A stretch of 64,000 nucleotides of DNA from Mobula birostris (GCF_030028105.1 NC_092378.1:49138400-49202399); one strand, 5' to 3'. Positions 24,104-38,056 are shown, counted from the stretch's first letter. A program made the numbers and translations. Notes: generated from the sequence alone by a model not told the origin.

Positions 24104-25329
24104 TTCTATGAGTTATGGGTTAAAACAATAACTCAATTCCATGGTTAGTTCTTCTCGAAGAGAGAGGGCTAAATAGGGAGAGAATGGAATCCAGATTTTC
24201 TTAAAAACGTTGGGTAATTCGTAGATACATGCCAAATGTGTCTTTATCAGAAGTAACTTCATATTTACTTTTAACATAAAAGGATTCTGATATAGGTCCT
24301 GACAGCATGAGTGGGCCTACTTTTGAAAATTGATTCTGTTGGGCCCCAAATAAGGAGAAATTTTCTTCTTTGTTAATTATCATTTGATAAGCATTATCCT
24401 TTCTGCATAACCACAGTAAAGGTTATCAATTTCATTTGCAGGGTTTGGCTCTGCTGATCAGATAATGAAGCTATTGCCTCTTCAGAAAAGGAGAGTCGTG
24501 TGCAGCAAGAAATTCCATATTAGAGTCTGCTACTTAAAGCTTAGCATCTATTAAAATGGTGAAGGACACAGGGACTATTATGAGAAACACTATTTCTTAC
24601 TCCCGTGTCTGAAGAGAATAATATTTTTATATAAATAGCATTCATATTAAACCTTGCAGGGAAAACATTATGAGGCTTGTCACATTATCCAAGCAGATCA
24701 TGCTTATGTCAGTGCTTTAGCTAGCGGTCTCCTGGCAACCATGTGGGACTGGTTGGTCAGTTATTCAGTTACAGCTTGCCATTTCCAATCTGCAGTTAGG
24801 AAAATGCACAGTCCAAACCAGTGTGCATGTCTGAAAGAACACTGTCCCAGATTTTTGCAAACATTCAAGGCAATTCATTTGAAAAGAGGGAGTTATGATA
24901 TGCTGGCGTTAGCTACAGCTATTGGTTTTGTTTGATATGAAAATAAGGTTTTGCTCTGCACACATATAGATAAATGCTCTCCTGGGTGTTTGCATATTGG
25001 ACTATAGCCAGCTGAATGTTATTGCATTTTATACTGTTTTAGGACCACACAGAGTCAGAGGTGTCCAACATGTAGCCCACACACATCAGACCCAGATGTT
25101 TGGCCTGAACTATCCCAGCAGTGCACTCACCTGTGGCCTCTGATGACCCTGTGTGCCAGATTTAAATAGCTTTATTTCAATCTAATCTAGGCTCCTTCCA
25201 CGATTTTGACTGAACAAGAGTGAACTATGTGATTAAATTTGTAATTTGGTTGAGAAGCGAAAGCTTCCCTGAAGTTTCGCATTGTCTTTGCATGGCTCAG
25301 TGAGGAACAACTAACTCTGACTGGACGTT

Positions 25330-26320
25330 CCACTCCTAAGGTTTAGGAACCAAGATCCAGGATGTCACTATAGAACTGCACCAAAGGAAGAGAGTTGTCT
25401 TCTGTCATTTGTGTTGTTAATCAAGACCCAGTTGTTCTCTCTTGTGGACAGTAAATATCCCAAAGTTCAAAGTAAATTTATTATCAAAGTATGTATATTC
25501 TATGTTACCATATACTACTTTGAGATTGATTTCCTTGCAGGCATTTACAGGAAAATAAAGAAAAATGATACATAAACCAAGATGAACAAACAACTAATGT
25601 GCAATAGAAGGCAAATTGTGCAAATACTAAAATATAATTAATACTGAGCACATGAGTTGTAGAGAACTCAAAAATTAGTTTGTCGATTGTAGAGTTGGGG
25701 TGAGTGAAGTTATTCACACCAGTTCAGGAGCCTGATGGTTGAAGAGTAATAACTATTCCTGACCCTGGTGGTGTAGGACATAAAGATCTTATATCTCTGC
25801 CTCTGCCCAATGGTAGTGGCGAGAAGAGAGCATGGACCAGATGGCGTGGGTCCTTGCCTTCATGAGGGAGTGCTCAGTGTAAATGTGCTCGATGGTGGGG
25901 GCAGGCTTTGCTGTGATGAACTGGGCTGCACCAGAACTTTCTCTAGACTTTTCTGTTATTGGACTTTGGTGTTTGCATATCAGGCCATGATTCAACTGGT
26001 CAGGATATTCTCTACTGTGCACTATGCAAGTCTGTCAAAATTTTAGGTGACATGCCGAATTTACACAAGCTTCCAAGAAAGTAGAGGTGTTATCATGCTC
26101 TCTTTGTGGTGGCCTTGTGCTGAAGAGGAACAGGAGAATTACCACCAGAATGGTGGCTGATATTCACCCAGAAATTATTTTGGTCATCATGTTGCTGTTT
26201 GTATGGGCTTGCTTCCATTTCCTCTAAACTACAACAGTGACTACACTTCAAGAGAACTGAATTGGCTGTAAATTATCCAGGGATGAGAAAGGCACTATAT
26301 AAATACAAGCCTTTTGTTTT
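25330..26320 (+). mobile_element. Old Deu-domain SINE split by a Rex1 fragment (25463-26120, minus)
   Basis: gttaatcaagaccc..gtggacagtaaatatccca | gaagaggaacaggag..caacagtgactacacttcaa..aattggctgtaaa..aaaggcactatataaatacaag. Confidence 0.7.
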
Positions 26321-26644
26321 TCCTTAATATGTTGCCATAGGGTAGACCGCTCAATGTAACAACTGATCTTCAAAAGTCAAATATCTGGACGCCCCTCTGA
26401 GTCTCTGACCCTACTTCTGGACCTTTGTCCTCATTATTTAGTCATGACAGGAACTGAGTTACATGAGGTTGTTTTGTCCTCTCACCTTCTCTCCTCCCTC
26501 CACTCCGATACTTTCACCAATCTGAGACAAGTTCACTAGTGTAAAAGGTTCAGCCAGAATAGGTAGTTCTTAAAGATGGACACAAGGTGCAGATCACTAA
26601 AAAGACTGATCATCTGGGTAAACATCTTATCGTTCCTTTTAAGA

Positions 26645-26885
26645 GCGTAGTCCATAGGACAGTACAGCACAATACAGGCCCTTCAACCTATGATGTTGTA
26701 CTGACCTTTTAACCTACTCTAAGATGAAACTAACCTTTCTCTCCCACTTAGCCGTCTATTTTTCTATCATCCATGTGCCTCTCTAAGTCTCTAATGTATC
26801 AGCATCTACCATCATCCCTGCAGTGCATTCCACACACCCGCCACTCTCAGTGTAAAAAGTCCAGCTCAAACAGCCTTCTATACTT
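26645..26885 (-). mobile_element. CR1 3' end fragment
   Basis: acagtacagcacaatacaggcccttc..ttttaacctactc. Confidence 0.75.
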
Positions 26886-26924
26886 CAGAGCTGAGCTGAA
26901 ACAGATTTTCCAACCAGAGATTGG

Positions 26925-27118
26925 TTGTTGTTGTTGTTCAGTCGTTTAGTCGTGTCCGACCCTTTGTGACCTTCATGGACCATAGGGAAGATACGGAAGT
27001 AGATTGCCAGGCCGTTCTTCCGTGCAGATACTGCGGCTGCCCAGGTTGAGACCTGGCTGGATTTGGACTCAGGACCATCTGCATTGAGGTCCAGGGCTGA
27101 TGCCACTACACCACCAGG
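26925..27118 (-). mobile_element. tRNA-head SINE with RTE/BovB-type 3' tail
   Basis: Head tggtgtagtgg..gagtccaaatcc; tail gtcggacacgactaaacgactg(aac)n. Confidence 0.8.
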
Positions 27119-27169
27119 TACTGGTTACTGCACTCTAGACAAAAAATATTCACAAGCAATTCTACACTA

Positions 27170-27612
27170 AAGGGGATGAGGAGCATTTGATAAGTCTGGG
27201 TATCTACTCGACGGAGTATAGAAGAACGATGGGGGATCTCACTGTAACCTATTGGACATTGAGATGCCTGGATAGAGTGGAGATAGAGAGGATGTTTCTT
27301 ATAGTAGGGAAGTCTAGGACTAAGGGCACAGCCTCAGAAAAGAAGGATGATCCTTTAGAACAGAGATGAGGAGATAATTCTCTAGCCAGAGGATGGTGAA
27401 TCTGTGGAATTCATTGCCACAGATGGCTATGGAGACCAAAACACTGGGTATATTTAAAGTAAAGGATCATAGGTTATTGATTAGTAAGGACATTAAAGGT
27501 TACAGGGAGAAGGCAGGTTGAGAGGGGTTCCATCAGCCATAATGGAATGGCAGAGCTACCCGATTGATGAATAGCCTAATTCTGCTCCAGTGCCTTATGG
27601 TCTTTTGGTCTA
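27170..27612 (+). mobile_element. CR1 3' fragment
   Basis: LGIYSTEYRRTMGDL; ggtgaatctgtggaattcattgcc. Confidence 0.85.
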
Positions 27613-27680
27613 ATTGTATGTGATTCTTCATAAAAGTATCAGAGAGCATGTAGTGCTGGGACAAAAATAAAGATGGAAGC

Positions 27681-28362
27681 TAGATTAGATTAGATTATGA
27701 GGACACTCAGTCCTCATTTATTGTCATTTAGAAATGCATGCATTAAAAAATGATACAACGTTCCTCCAGAATGATATCACAAGAAAACACAGGACAAACC
27801 AAGACTAAAACTGACAAAACCACATAATTAAAACATTTACAACAGTGCAAAGCAATACCATAAGTTGATAAAGAGCAGACCATGGACACGGTAAAAAATA
27901 AAGCCTCAAAGTCCCGATAGACTCATCACCTCACGCAGGCGGCAGAAGGGAGAAACTCTCACTGCCATGAACCTCCAAGCGCCGCCAACTTCCCGATGCA
28001 CCACCATTGGAAGCACCCGACCGCAGCCAACTCTGAGTCCGTCCGAAAACTTCGAGCCTCTGACCAGCCCCTCCGATACAGCCTCTCCGAACACCATTGT
28101 CTGCCGAGTGCTTCGACCCCACCCCGGCCACCGAGCAGCAAGCAAAGCCAAGGATTCGGGTCCTTCCCCTCTGGGGATTCTGGACCACACAGTAGCAGCA
28201 GCAGCGAAGCAGGCATTTCAGAAGTTTCACCAGATGTTCCTCCGTGCTCTCACATCCATCTCCATCAAATCAGGATTGTGCACGGCACCCTACTTGACAA
28301 ATGACAGACATCACCACCGGAGTGGCCGCTGGGAGCTGCGTCGCACCGCCATCTTCTCCTCC
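27681..28362 (-). mobile_element. Second copy of the non-autonomous retroelement at 1580-2243
   Basis: tagattagattagattatgaggacactcagtcc ... caccgccatcttctcc. Confidence 0.85.
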
Positions 28363-28394
28363 CATCTTCTCCGCTCTGATAATGGAGATAGGTT

Positions 28395-30160
28395 CTGAGA
28401 AGGCTTGATGGAATTAGCCTCAATTCCTTCTTGTGCAATTGGACCCTGGATGTCCTCACTTTTAGACCACAGTCAGCTCAGATATGTTCACACCTCCTCC
28501 ACGATCCCATCAGCACAGGAGCACCACAGGGCTGAGTGCCTAGCCCCGCTCTACTCACCTTACATCTGTGACTGTGTGGCTAAGCACAGTTCCAATACCA
28601 TGTTCAGGTTTGCTAATGACACCACTATTGTGGGCCGTATCTTTCTTTCTTTTTAAATCTTTTTATTAATTTTCCAAAATTACAAACAGAATAACAGTAT
28701 TGATACAGAGAGATTGGAATAATCTTATTGTTGATAAACATTTACTAAAAAAACTTCAAGTAATACAGGTGTAATAGACTTCCAAACTCTTAATATAGTT
28801 AATCATAGAGAAAAAAGAAATAAAAAGAAGACAAAATGCAAAGAAACCCCCCCCCAAAAAAACAAAACAAAAACTAAATACTAAACCCGAAAAGAAAGCA
28901 AATGGAATGAAACAAGGCTAGACCAATATCTTAAATTGAATACATTCAATAATGTCATCAACTCCGCTCCTCTATTCATATATTCTTTGTTAATAAGAAG
29001 GATTCGGAAAAGGTCAAATTACATCATATGAAAATGTTGAATAAATGGTTTCCAAGTCTCTTCAAATTTAACTGAAGGATCAAAAATGTCACTTCTAATT
29101 TTTTCTAAATTTAAACATGATTTAGTTTGGGAAAACCATTGAAATATGGTAGGAGGGTTGGTCTCCTTCCAGTTTAATAAAATGGGTCTTCTGGCTATTA
29201 AAGTGAAGTGGGCCGAGTCAAAGATGGAGATGAATCAGCATACGGGAGGGAGATCGAAAATCTGGCTGAGTGGTGTCATAATAACAACCTCCCACTCAAT
29301 GTCAACAAAACCAAGGAACTAATTGTATACTGTAGGAGAGGGAACCCTGAGGTCCGTGAGCCAGTCCTCATTGGAGGATCAGAGGTGGAGAGGGGCAGCA
29401 ACTTTAAACTTCTAGGTGTTACTATTTCAGAGTAATAGTCATGGTCCTGGGCCCATCATGTAAGTGCAATTGTGGAGAAAGCATAGCAATGCCCCTACTT
29501 CCTCAGGAGTCTGTGGAGGCTCAGTATGGCATCAAAAACCTTGACAAACTACCATAGATATGTAGTGGAGAGTGTACTGACTGGCTACAACGCAGCCTGG
29601 TATGGACACACCAATGTCTTTGAAGGGAAAATCCTGCAAAAGGTAATGGATTCAGCCCTGTACATCACGGGTAAACCCCTCTCAACCACTGAGCACATCC
29701 ATAAGAAGCATTGTTGTAGGGAAGCAGCATCCATCATCTGAGATTCTCACCACCAAGGCCATTCTCTTTTCTCGCTGCTGCCATCAGGTACAAGGTACAA
29801 GAGCCTTCGGACTCGCACCACCAGGTTCAAAACCAGTTACTAGCCCATAACCATCAGGATCTTGAACAAAAGGGGATAACTACAGTCACTTGCCCATCCA
29901 TTGAGATGTTCCCACAACCAAAGATCTCACCTTAAGGACTGTTTATCCTGTTATTTCATGTTCTCGTTATTTATTGCTATTTATTTATATTTGGATTTGC
30001 TCAGTTTGTTGTCTTCTGCACTCTGGTTGATATTTATTGATGCTGTTATAATTACTACTCTACAGATTTATTGAGTATGCCCACAGGAAAATGAATCTCT
30101 GGGTTGAATGCGCTGACAAAAACGTACTTTGATAATAAATTTACTTTGAACTTTGTACTT
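28395..30160 (+). mobile_element. Rex1/Babar RT + 3' end, degenerate, interrupted by L1
   Basis: FRFANDTTIVGR | VKDGDESAYGREIENLAEWCHNNNLPLNVNKTKELIV. Confidence 0.9.
28638..29207 (-). mobile_element. L1 (fish-type) ORF2 C-terminus + 3' UTR
   Basis: Minus strand FTLIARRPILLNWKETNPPTIFQWFSQTKSCLNLEKIR..TWKPFI; A-rich tail; TSD gtgggccg at 28630-28637/29208-29215. Confidence 0.85.
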
Positions 30161-31489
30161 TGGAAGTGAGAGAGGTAGCAAGTTTATGGTGGTCGTTTAG
30201 ACTGAGCGATATAAGATACTTGAGCTGTATGCCAAAGGCAGATCAGAAGAAGGAAGGATTCAAAAAAATCCAAGTTTGATTGAGTAGATAGTTTTGGCTG
30301 ATGAAAATGGCTGGAGGAACTTTTACAGTAGGATGGTTGATGTAAGTCACTGGTGAAGATGTTCAATTACCCTGAGCTGTTGGAATAGGGCCTAATTTTT
30401 CTTGTAGTTTTGTTTTCTTTATGTTTGCTGATATATTTGTATGTAGATAGTCAGCGGAGTTTTTAGTCAATCGTAATATAGGTGGCTTTGTAGTTTTTAC
30501 AGTTTCTTTGTCTGTAGCCTCTGTAATGTCATAAATTCTATCTCATAGGCTGTTCTTATTAATGAATTTCCTCATCAGTCTTGCTAGATCTAGTTTTAAA
30601 CATAGGTTGATCAATGCTTCTTAGTTGTTTGTCTTTTCTCTGTCTTCTTCCTTTGTTTCTTACTTACAGTAGAATGAATTTCTTTGTTACGAACATCTGA
30701 TAAATAGCTGTGGCCCAAGATTTATACTACATTCTTGACCTCAGAAGAACATTCAGGGTAATATTATCTCCAGATCCAGCACATTATGAAATTAATGAAG
30801 AGGAGACGGTGATGCTTTGAAGGTTAATGGTCACAGGTTTAACGGTCACAGGTTCAACAGTACAGTTTCAGTCGGATGGTATTCAGGGCAGAGTGTGGAT
30901 GCTCAAGGTAAGAGCGTTGATAAAGAGCATTTGAATTAGTAGCTGACTAAGTCCTGGGTAGTGAAGGTCTTTAATGGTGTATGCTACCTTCCTGGGGAAC
31001 TGCCTCTTAAAGAAAACCTTGATGGTGGGTAGAGAAAGAGGTTGAATGAGCCTGGGTGTGGGAGCTGACAGAGAGAGAGAGAGAGAGAGATGGGAGGTGC
31101 TGCTGAATTGTGCTTGGTCATAGCTATCAGGAAGAGTTTGAAGTTTTGCTCAGCTGGTCTTGGACAACCTGAGCCACTGAGGAGGAGGCTGGGTGGACTG
31201 TAAGATGTGGAATTTTGGTGGAAACAGTGTTGTTGAGCACAATTCAAAAATGCGCAGTGTCACTGCTTCAGTATTTTAATTTGTCTTCCTGTGCCTTCAC
31301 AAAGTGAAAAGCTGTGTGTAAGTAACCAGCCAGTATATTTGTTGCATGTGAATATGTTTATTTTTGTTGGAAGGAATAGCTGATGGACCATGCAGTTGCC
31401 CAGTGGGTGTGGAACATTTTGAAATTTTTAATCAACAAATTAGCTCTCTTTGGATTATGTTTATTAAGACATCCTACATATTGGAGAAA

Positions 31490-31800
31490 TCCTTCTGCCT
31501 TTCTGCTTACCTGTACCAAATCCCATCCCTTGTGCTCAATAGTCTGCACTGGCTCCCCATGCAATAATTGATCACCGTTAAAATTGTCATCCTTGTTTTC
31601 AGAGACCTGTCACACCCAATCTCTGTACAGGTAACCGATTGCTGTCCTAGAGTCCTCCTGGATCTTAGTGCTCATGTAGATCAGATTCTCCTACATCCCT
31701 GTATTAATTCCCTTCTCTTTTGGCTATTCACTTGCAGCTGCTCGGGCTCTCCTCTTTTTTCTGTTATGATGCACCTTAATGCACAGACTTTACGTAACCC
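31490..31800 (+). mobile_element. Old L2 LINE 3' remnant
   Basis: LVLNSLHWLPM..VKIVILVFRDL resembles the L2 'LHWLPV..FKIL.L.FK' motif. Confidence 0.6.
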
Positions 31801-33397
31801 ATTCTTAAGTCTTGTGTAATATTGCCAGGTTTAGTTTAAGTGGGATAGTTTTTGACCCTACATTTTAGAAATTGTTCCCCTTTGTGTCAGAGGTAGAAGA
31901 CCAGGATCCTATATAATTGGAGCAACACATCTTTTCTCTTGTACACAAATCCTTTTGTAGTGAAGCTCAAAGTACTATTTCATTCCAGTTTGCTTGCTGG
32001 ATTTGATGTTAACTCCGAATGATTTGTGTGCAAGAACACCCAGAACTGTTTGAACACCAACCACTTTCAAGAAATACTCTGCACTTCAATTTGTTCCTGG
32101 CTGTAATGTTTCCACATGATATTCCAGTTACCCGGTTGTCGACAATTCACTTAACTCGTCTCTATCCCCTGGGACCTCTCTTTCTGCATCCTCTTCTCAG
32201 CTCACAATACCACATCTTTTTGTATCACGTGTGAACTTGAATATATTGCAATCAAAACTCTAGGGTGTAGATTTGTTGGAAACCGTTGTTTTTTAATAAT
32301 TTTTTTTTAAAAACTTGTACTTTTTAAACAAACTCATGTATTTTGCACAGTATGTGATGGTTCATCTCCACTCGCTGGCAGAAAGTGGTATAGCAACTAA
32401 CTAATCATATTTCACCTTTCTCATTTTTCATTGGCTAAATATTAGTACATTATCCACATGACGTAATTGTTTTAATTATGTGGTCTATTAACTAGTTCAT
32501 CCCTATCTTAGGAATTTCTTAGCTTGGCTAGAAAAGTGATGGATTTTGCAGAGGCGGCAACTTTGCATCTGTTCAGCTCTCAGTATCGTTTCCCAGCTCT
32601 TTATTCAGTTTGCTTAGTATTTGTATGTTTATTTGTACTTTAAGATAAACTGAAATCTGGGAATTAAGACTATTTGTCATTTCTGATGTCCAGAAGAACC
32701 CTAAGGAACAGGAAATAATCAGTTCTTTATTGGCTTTGAGACAGGTTATTTCCTTCACTAGAGGAACAGGACTCGGCTATTCAAACTCTGGAATCTGCTC
32801 TGCCATTTATTCGGATCATGGTTAATTCAACATTCTATGATTCCACTTCCCAGCACCGTTCCTACAGTCCCTTTACTGATCACAAATCTTTCCCAGCCAC
32901 GGCTCATATCCAGGAGGATCCTCCTCCCACAGAGCTCTGTGGCAAGGGATTTCCAACTTCCTGAAAGAAGAGATTCTTCCTAATTTATGTCCTTAATGGG
33001 AGAGCCCATGTTATGAGACCATGCTAATGTTAATTTCTTCCTCAGTAACATTTGAACTGTAGTCCTCCACTCTGTTGGATGATTTCTGCTTCTTTTTCCA
33101 TGAAGGTTGACACAAATTATTTCTTTAAACTTCCTGTCATTTCCCATCATCCACATTAATTTTAGATGATCATTTTCTTATCACATATCTAGACAAGCTT
33201 TTGTGTTCAATTTATATGGTTCTCACTGGGTTATTTCTGCTTTCTCTTTCATTATCAATGTCTTGGTCCTCTTTTTGAAATTTTCCGAATCCTCACTGTT
33301 CTCACTGGAAATAAACCTTGTAAATCCTTTTCCTTGATCTTATGTGACCTTTAACTTGGTAGCCATGGCTGGATAACTTTTCAGTTTTTCACTTTAA

Positions 33398-33939
33398 ACT
33401 GACACTTTATTAGGTGCACCTGTACACCTGCCCACCTGCTCGTTAATGCAAATATCTAATCAGCCAATCACACGGCAGCAACTCAATGCATAAAAGCATG
33501 CAGACATGGTCAAGAGATTCAATTATTGTTCAGACCGAGCATCAGTATGTGGAAGAAATGGGATCTAAGTGACTGACCGTGGAATAATTTTTGGTGCCAG
33601 ACGGGGTGATTTGAGTAGCTCAGGAACTGATGATCTTCTGGGATTTTCACACACAACAGTCTCTACAGAGAAAGGTGCAAAAAAAATCCAGTGAGCAGCA
33701 GTTCTGTGGGTGAAAACACCTTGTTAATGAGAGAGATCAGAGGAGAATGGCCAGACTGGTTCAAGCTGACAGGAAGGTGACAGTAACTCAAATAACCATG
33801 CATTACAATAGTGTTGTAGAGAAGAGCAGATTTGAATGCACAACATGTCGACCCCTGAAATGAATGCTGCAGCAGCAGAAGACTACTATGTGGCCACTTT
33901 ACTGGGTATAGCAGGTATCTAATAAAGTGGCCACTGAGT
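33398..33939 (+). mobile_element. Tc1/mariner deleted element (same family as 3606)
   Basis: Collinear with 3606-4178, including the palindromic right end 33884-33940. Confidence 0.88.
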
Positions 33940-34964
33940 ATATATGACTTGTACACCATAAATTAATGTTATCTAAGTTGGCTATTGCTTGCCTCCTAAA
34001 GAAAGATTCAGGATTCAAGTTTATTTATCACATGTACACAGTAGAATGTGTCATTTGCATTAACAACCAGCGTACCTGACGGTTTGCTGGGACAGGCCGT
34101 AAGTTTCGCCATACATCCCAGTGCCAATGTAGCACACCCACAATGCCAACAGAACAACATAGAACACAACAAGCAACAAAACAATCACAGCAAAACAAAC
34201 CCATTCTTCCCTCCCACCCATGCACGTACACAGTCCTTTAACCACTGGACCGGCCTCCAGCAGACTCAGACTTGCAGACAATTGGGCTTTGACTTCCCCA
34301 GTGGATTCACAGGGATCTGCAGAATCAGCTTCAGTTGTGGACTTCCAATTCAACCCTCGAACCTCAGTCATCAGCATCGAGCCTAGGACATGCCAATTAC
34401 TGAACATCAGTCCTTGAACTCTGGACTCGCCAATGATGGTCTCTGAACACTAGGTTTTGAACTCCTGTTGTATCTTTGAATGTCCTTTGTAATCTTGTAC
34501 CCTGTTTCCTCACAGCACCCAAAATGTATTCATCTTTGGAGGGAGGGAGTTTGAAGACATCTGGATGAATCCCAGGGGTCAAGAGCTATTCTTACCTTCC
34601 TTGTTTCTTCAATTCAATGCGGTTCTTCACACAACTATGAGAACTCTATAACAATTACTGGAAGGAAGGTGAAGAACACTACGGCAGTCATGATGTCAGC
34701 TCATTAAATGATCAGAGTTCATTGCTCAACTGCTGGAGGAACTCAGTGGGTTAAGAAACCTCCAGAAGAAGACATAAAGGAATGCTGTCACTCTGAGCAT
34801 GTGAAGGGTTTCCTGTACAGAGAAGTGTTTCTTGTAATCACTCTGCATAGAAAGAGTTCCAGACCAGGATTGAGCTCTGTGCGATTCTGGATGTTAACGC
34901 CTGGACGTCAAAGCCCGATGATCAGTGAGTCCCGGGGTCAATGCCCACAGGTTGACAAAGTCTG

Positions 34965-36087
34965 ATGTTTGAAGTATTTAATACCATCATTCCCACAATC
35001 CTGATTGAGAGGTTACAGAACTTGGGCCTCTGTATCTCCCTCTGTAATTGGATCCTTGGCTTCCTAACCAGAAGAGCACAATCTGTGCAGATTGGTGGTA
35101 ACATATCCTCCTCACTGACAATCAACACTGGCACACCTCAGGGGTGTGTGCTTAGCCCACTGCCTCTATATACCCATGACTGTGGATAGGCATAGCTCAA
35201 ATACCATCTATTAATTTGCTGACGATACAACCATCGTTGGTAGAATCTCAGATGGTGACGAGAGGGCGTACAGGAATGAGACATACCAACTAACAGAATG
35301 GTGTCGCAGCAACAACCTGGCACTCGATGTCAGTAAGATGAAAGAGCTGATTTTGGACTTCAGGAAGGGTAAGACGAAGGAACACATACCAATCCTCATA
35401 GAAGGATCAGAAGTGGAGAGAGTGAGCAGTTTCAAGTTCCTGGTCCCAACATATCGAAGCAGTTATAAAGAAGGCAAGACAGCCACTACATTAGGAGTTT
35501 GAAGAGATTTGGTTTGTCAACAAATACACTCAAAAACTTCTATAGATGTAACATGGAGAGCATTCTGACAGTCTTCATCACAGTCTGGTATGGGGGTTGG
35601 TGGGGGTAGGGGTGCTACTGCACCGGACCGAAAGAAGCAGTAGAGGGTTGTAAATTTAGTCGGCTCCATCTTGCGTACTGACCTACAAAGTACCCAGGAC
35701 ATCTTCAAGGTGTGGTGTTTCAGAAAGGCAGCGTTCATTATTAAAGACCTCCACCACCCAGGGTATGCCCTTTTCTCACTGTTACCATCAGGTAGGAGGT
35801 ACAGAAGCCTGAAGGCACACACTCAGTGATTCAGGAATAGCTTCTTCCCCTTTGCCATCCGATTCCTAAATGGATATTGAACCTGTGAACACCACCTCAC
35901 TTTTTAAATATATATAATTTCTGTTTCTTGCACGATTTTTAATCTATTCAATATATGCATACTGTTATTTATTTATTTATTTTTTGTGGCTTCCTTTTCT
36001 ATATTATGTATTGCATTGAACTGCTGTCGCTAAGTTAACAAGTTTCACGACATATGTCGGTGATAATAAACCTGATTCTGATTCTGA
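34965..36087 (+). mobile_element. Rex1/Babar RT + 3' end
   Basis: [29 protein letters not shown]; FADDTTIVG; (CTGATT)n tail. Confidence 0.92.
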
Positions 36088-36209
36088 ATTAGCAAGTCTA
36101 GAAGTCAAAGCCTGAAGGTCCAAGACTGAAGTCAGCAATTCCAGAGTTTGAGGCTGAAGGTGGAAATCCTGGGTTGGCTTACCCAGAGCTCAAAGGCCTG
36201 ATGTCTAAT

Positions 36210-36800
36210 TGAGGAGAAAATTCAAAAATCCAAGGTGCAGAGGCATTTGGAATTTCTTCTGCAGGGCTCCCTGAAGGGTAATTTGCAGCTTGAATCGATG
36301 GTGAGAAAGGCAAATGCAATGTTAGCATTCATTTCAAGAGGACTAGAATATAAAAGCAAGGATGTTGTGCTGAGGCTGTGTAAGGCAGTGGTGAGGCCTC
36401 ACTTGGAGTATTGTGAGCAGTTTTGAGCCCCTTATCCAAGACAGGATGTGCTGACATTGGAGAGAATTCAGAGGAGGTTCACAAGAATGATTCCAGGAAT
36501 GAAAGGAATGAAATATGAGCACTGATTGAAAGCTTTGGGCCTTTGCTCACTGGAATTTAGAAGAATTAGGGGGGAAGGAATCTCATTTAAACCTGTCAAA
36601 TGTTGAAAGGCCTAGATAGCATGGATGTGAAGAGAATAGTTCCTTTGGTGAAGGAGTCTAGGAAGAGGGCACTGCCTGAAATTAGTGGGACATTAGTAGA
36701 ACAGAGAGATAAGGAGGAATTTCTTTCTGGAATTTGTTGCCACAGATGTCTATAGAGGTCAAGTCACTGAACCATTTAAGACAGAAGCAGAAAGGTGCAA
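36210..36800 (+). mobile_element. CR1 3' fragment
   Basis: RKANAMLAFISRGLEYKSKDV..VRPHLEYC. Confidence 0.88.
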
Positions 36801-38056
36801 GTAAGATGTTCATTGTGTAACATGTACTTGAGCTTATGGAAATAAACTGGATTTTGACTTCATCTTTACTGAAAGCCACCTTATGAGCTTCCAGTTTAGG
36901 ATTATATAAATTGGACCATTTCATGGTGACAATGAAAACTGCTGATTGTAATTTTCTGAATCACATTGCCCAATAGTTCTCAGCAGTGATCTAATCAACA
37001 TGCTGTGCCTTATCTATCACTTAATGCCAGGGCTGTCTCACATAAGAACACCATTTAACTCCCCGGCAACGCAGTACACCACATCAGTAGAAACGCATTG
37101 CGCAGCTTTTCACTCAACATCAGCAAAGCCAACGAGCTGGTTATTGATTACAGGAGGAAGAAGCCAGAGGTGCATGAGCCAGTCCTCAATAGGGGATCAG
37201 AGGTAGTGAGGATCATTGCATATCGTACTGGCTGTTTGTCAGCCTTTACTTATGCGTAGTTCGTATTTCTTCATTTTCCTGTAAATGCCTGCAGGAAAAT
37301 GAATCTCAAGGTGGTATATACGTACTTTAGTAATGAACTTACTTTGATTTTGATCAAAATTTACATCTCTGCAAACAAGGCTCCCTGCAGACCGTGGTCT
37401 ATCTTTGGGTGCTTTGCTGTTGCTTAGAGGGTGGTGGGCACGGACGTTTTTTGCTGAAATGGGCGGGGTGAGGGGGGAATTTGTTGAGTTGATGCTTTTG
37501 TTTGTGCGGGGGAGGGGGGGCTTTGGGGTTCTAACATTTTTCTATTGTTCATTCTTTTGGGGTTCTTCTGTTTTTTGTGGATGTCTGCGAAGACAGGTAT
37601 TACAGGTTGTATACTGTATACATTCTCTGAGAAATAAACAGAACCATTTTGGTTATACTTCCCTGCTCTAGGTGAAGGTGCCTGCTTTAGAAGCAGTTGT
37701 TAACCAGAGTGAGGGCAGAGGGAGAGTGTGGGATTCTGATTCCATTACTGGCAGAGCAGAATCTGACCAAGAACATGAGGATACACTCTCTCAGTGAAGA
37801 CAGCAGCTGCCATTCAGTCATAATCCACAGTGTAGAGGCATTCTTCAATTGAAGAATAGCCTGTGACCCTGTCGTATGGCACGCATTCTTTTAACAAAGC
37901 TCTGAGATGACACATTTTACTGTATGTTTTGATGTACAAGAGTTAAATAAATCTGAATCTGATTCTCAATCTGGAATGAGGTCAGCAACCTATGCAGGAA
38001 AGCCAGAAGGGGCCACGACATGGTCAGTGACAAATAACTAATTAGTTTTTATTTCA

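Noticed and set aside
30180-31250. Strand-skewed segment that may be an old minus-strand retroelement
   Set aside because: Too degenerate to assign from sequence alone.
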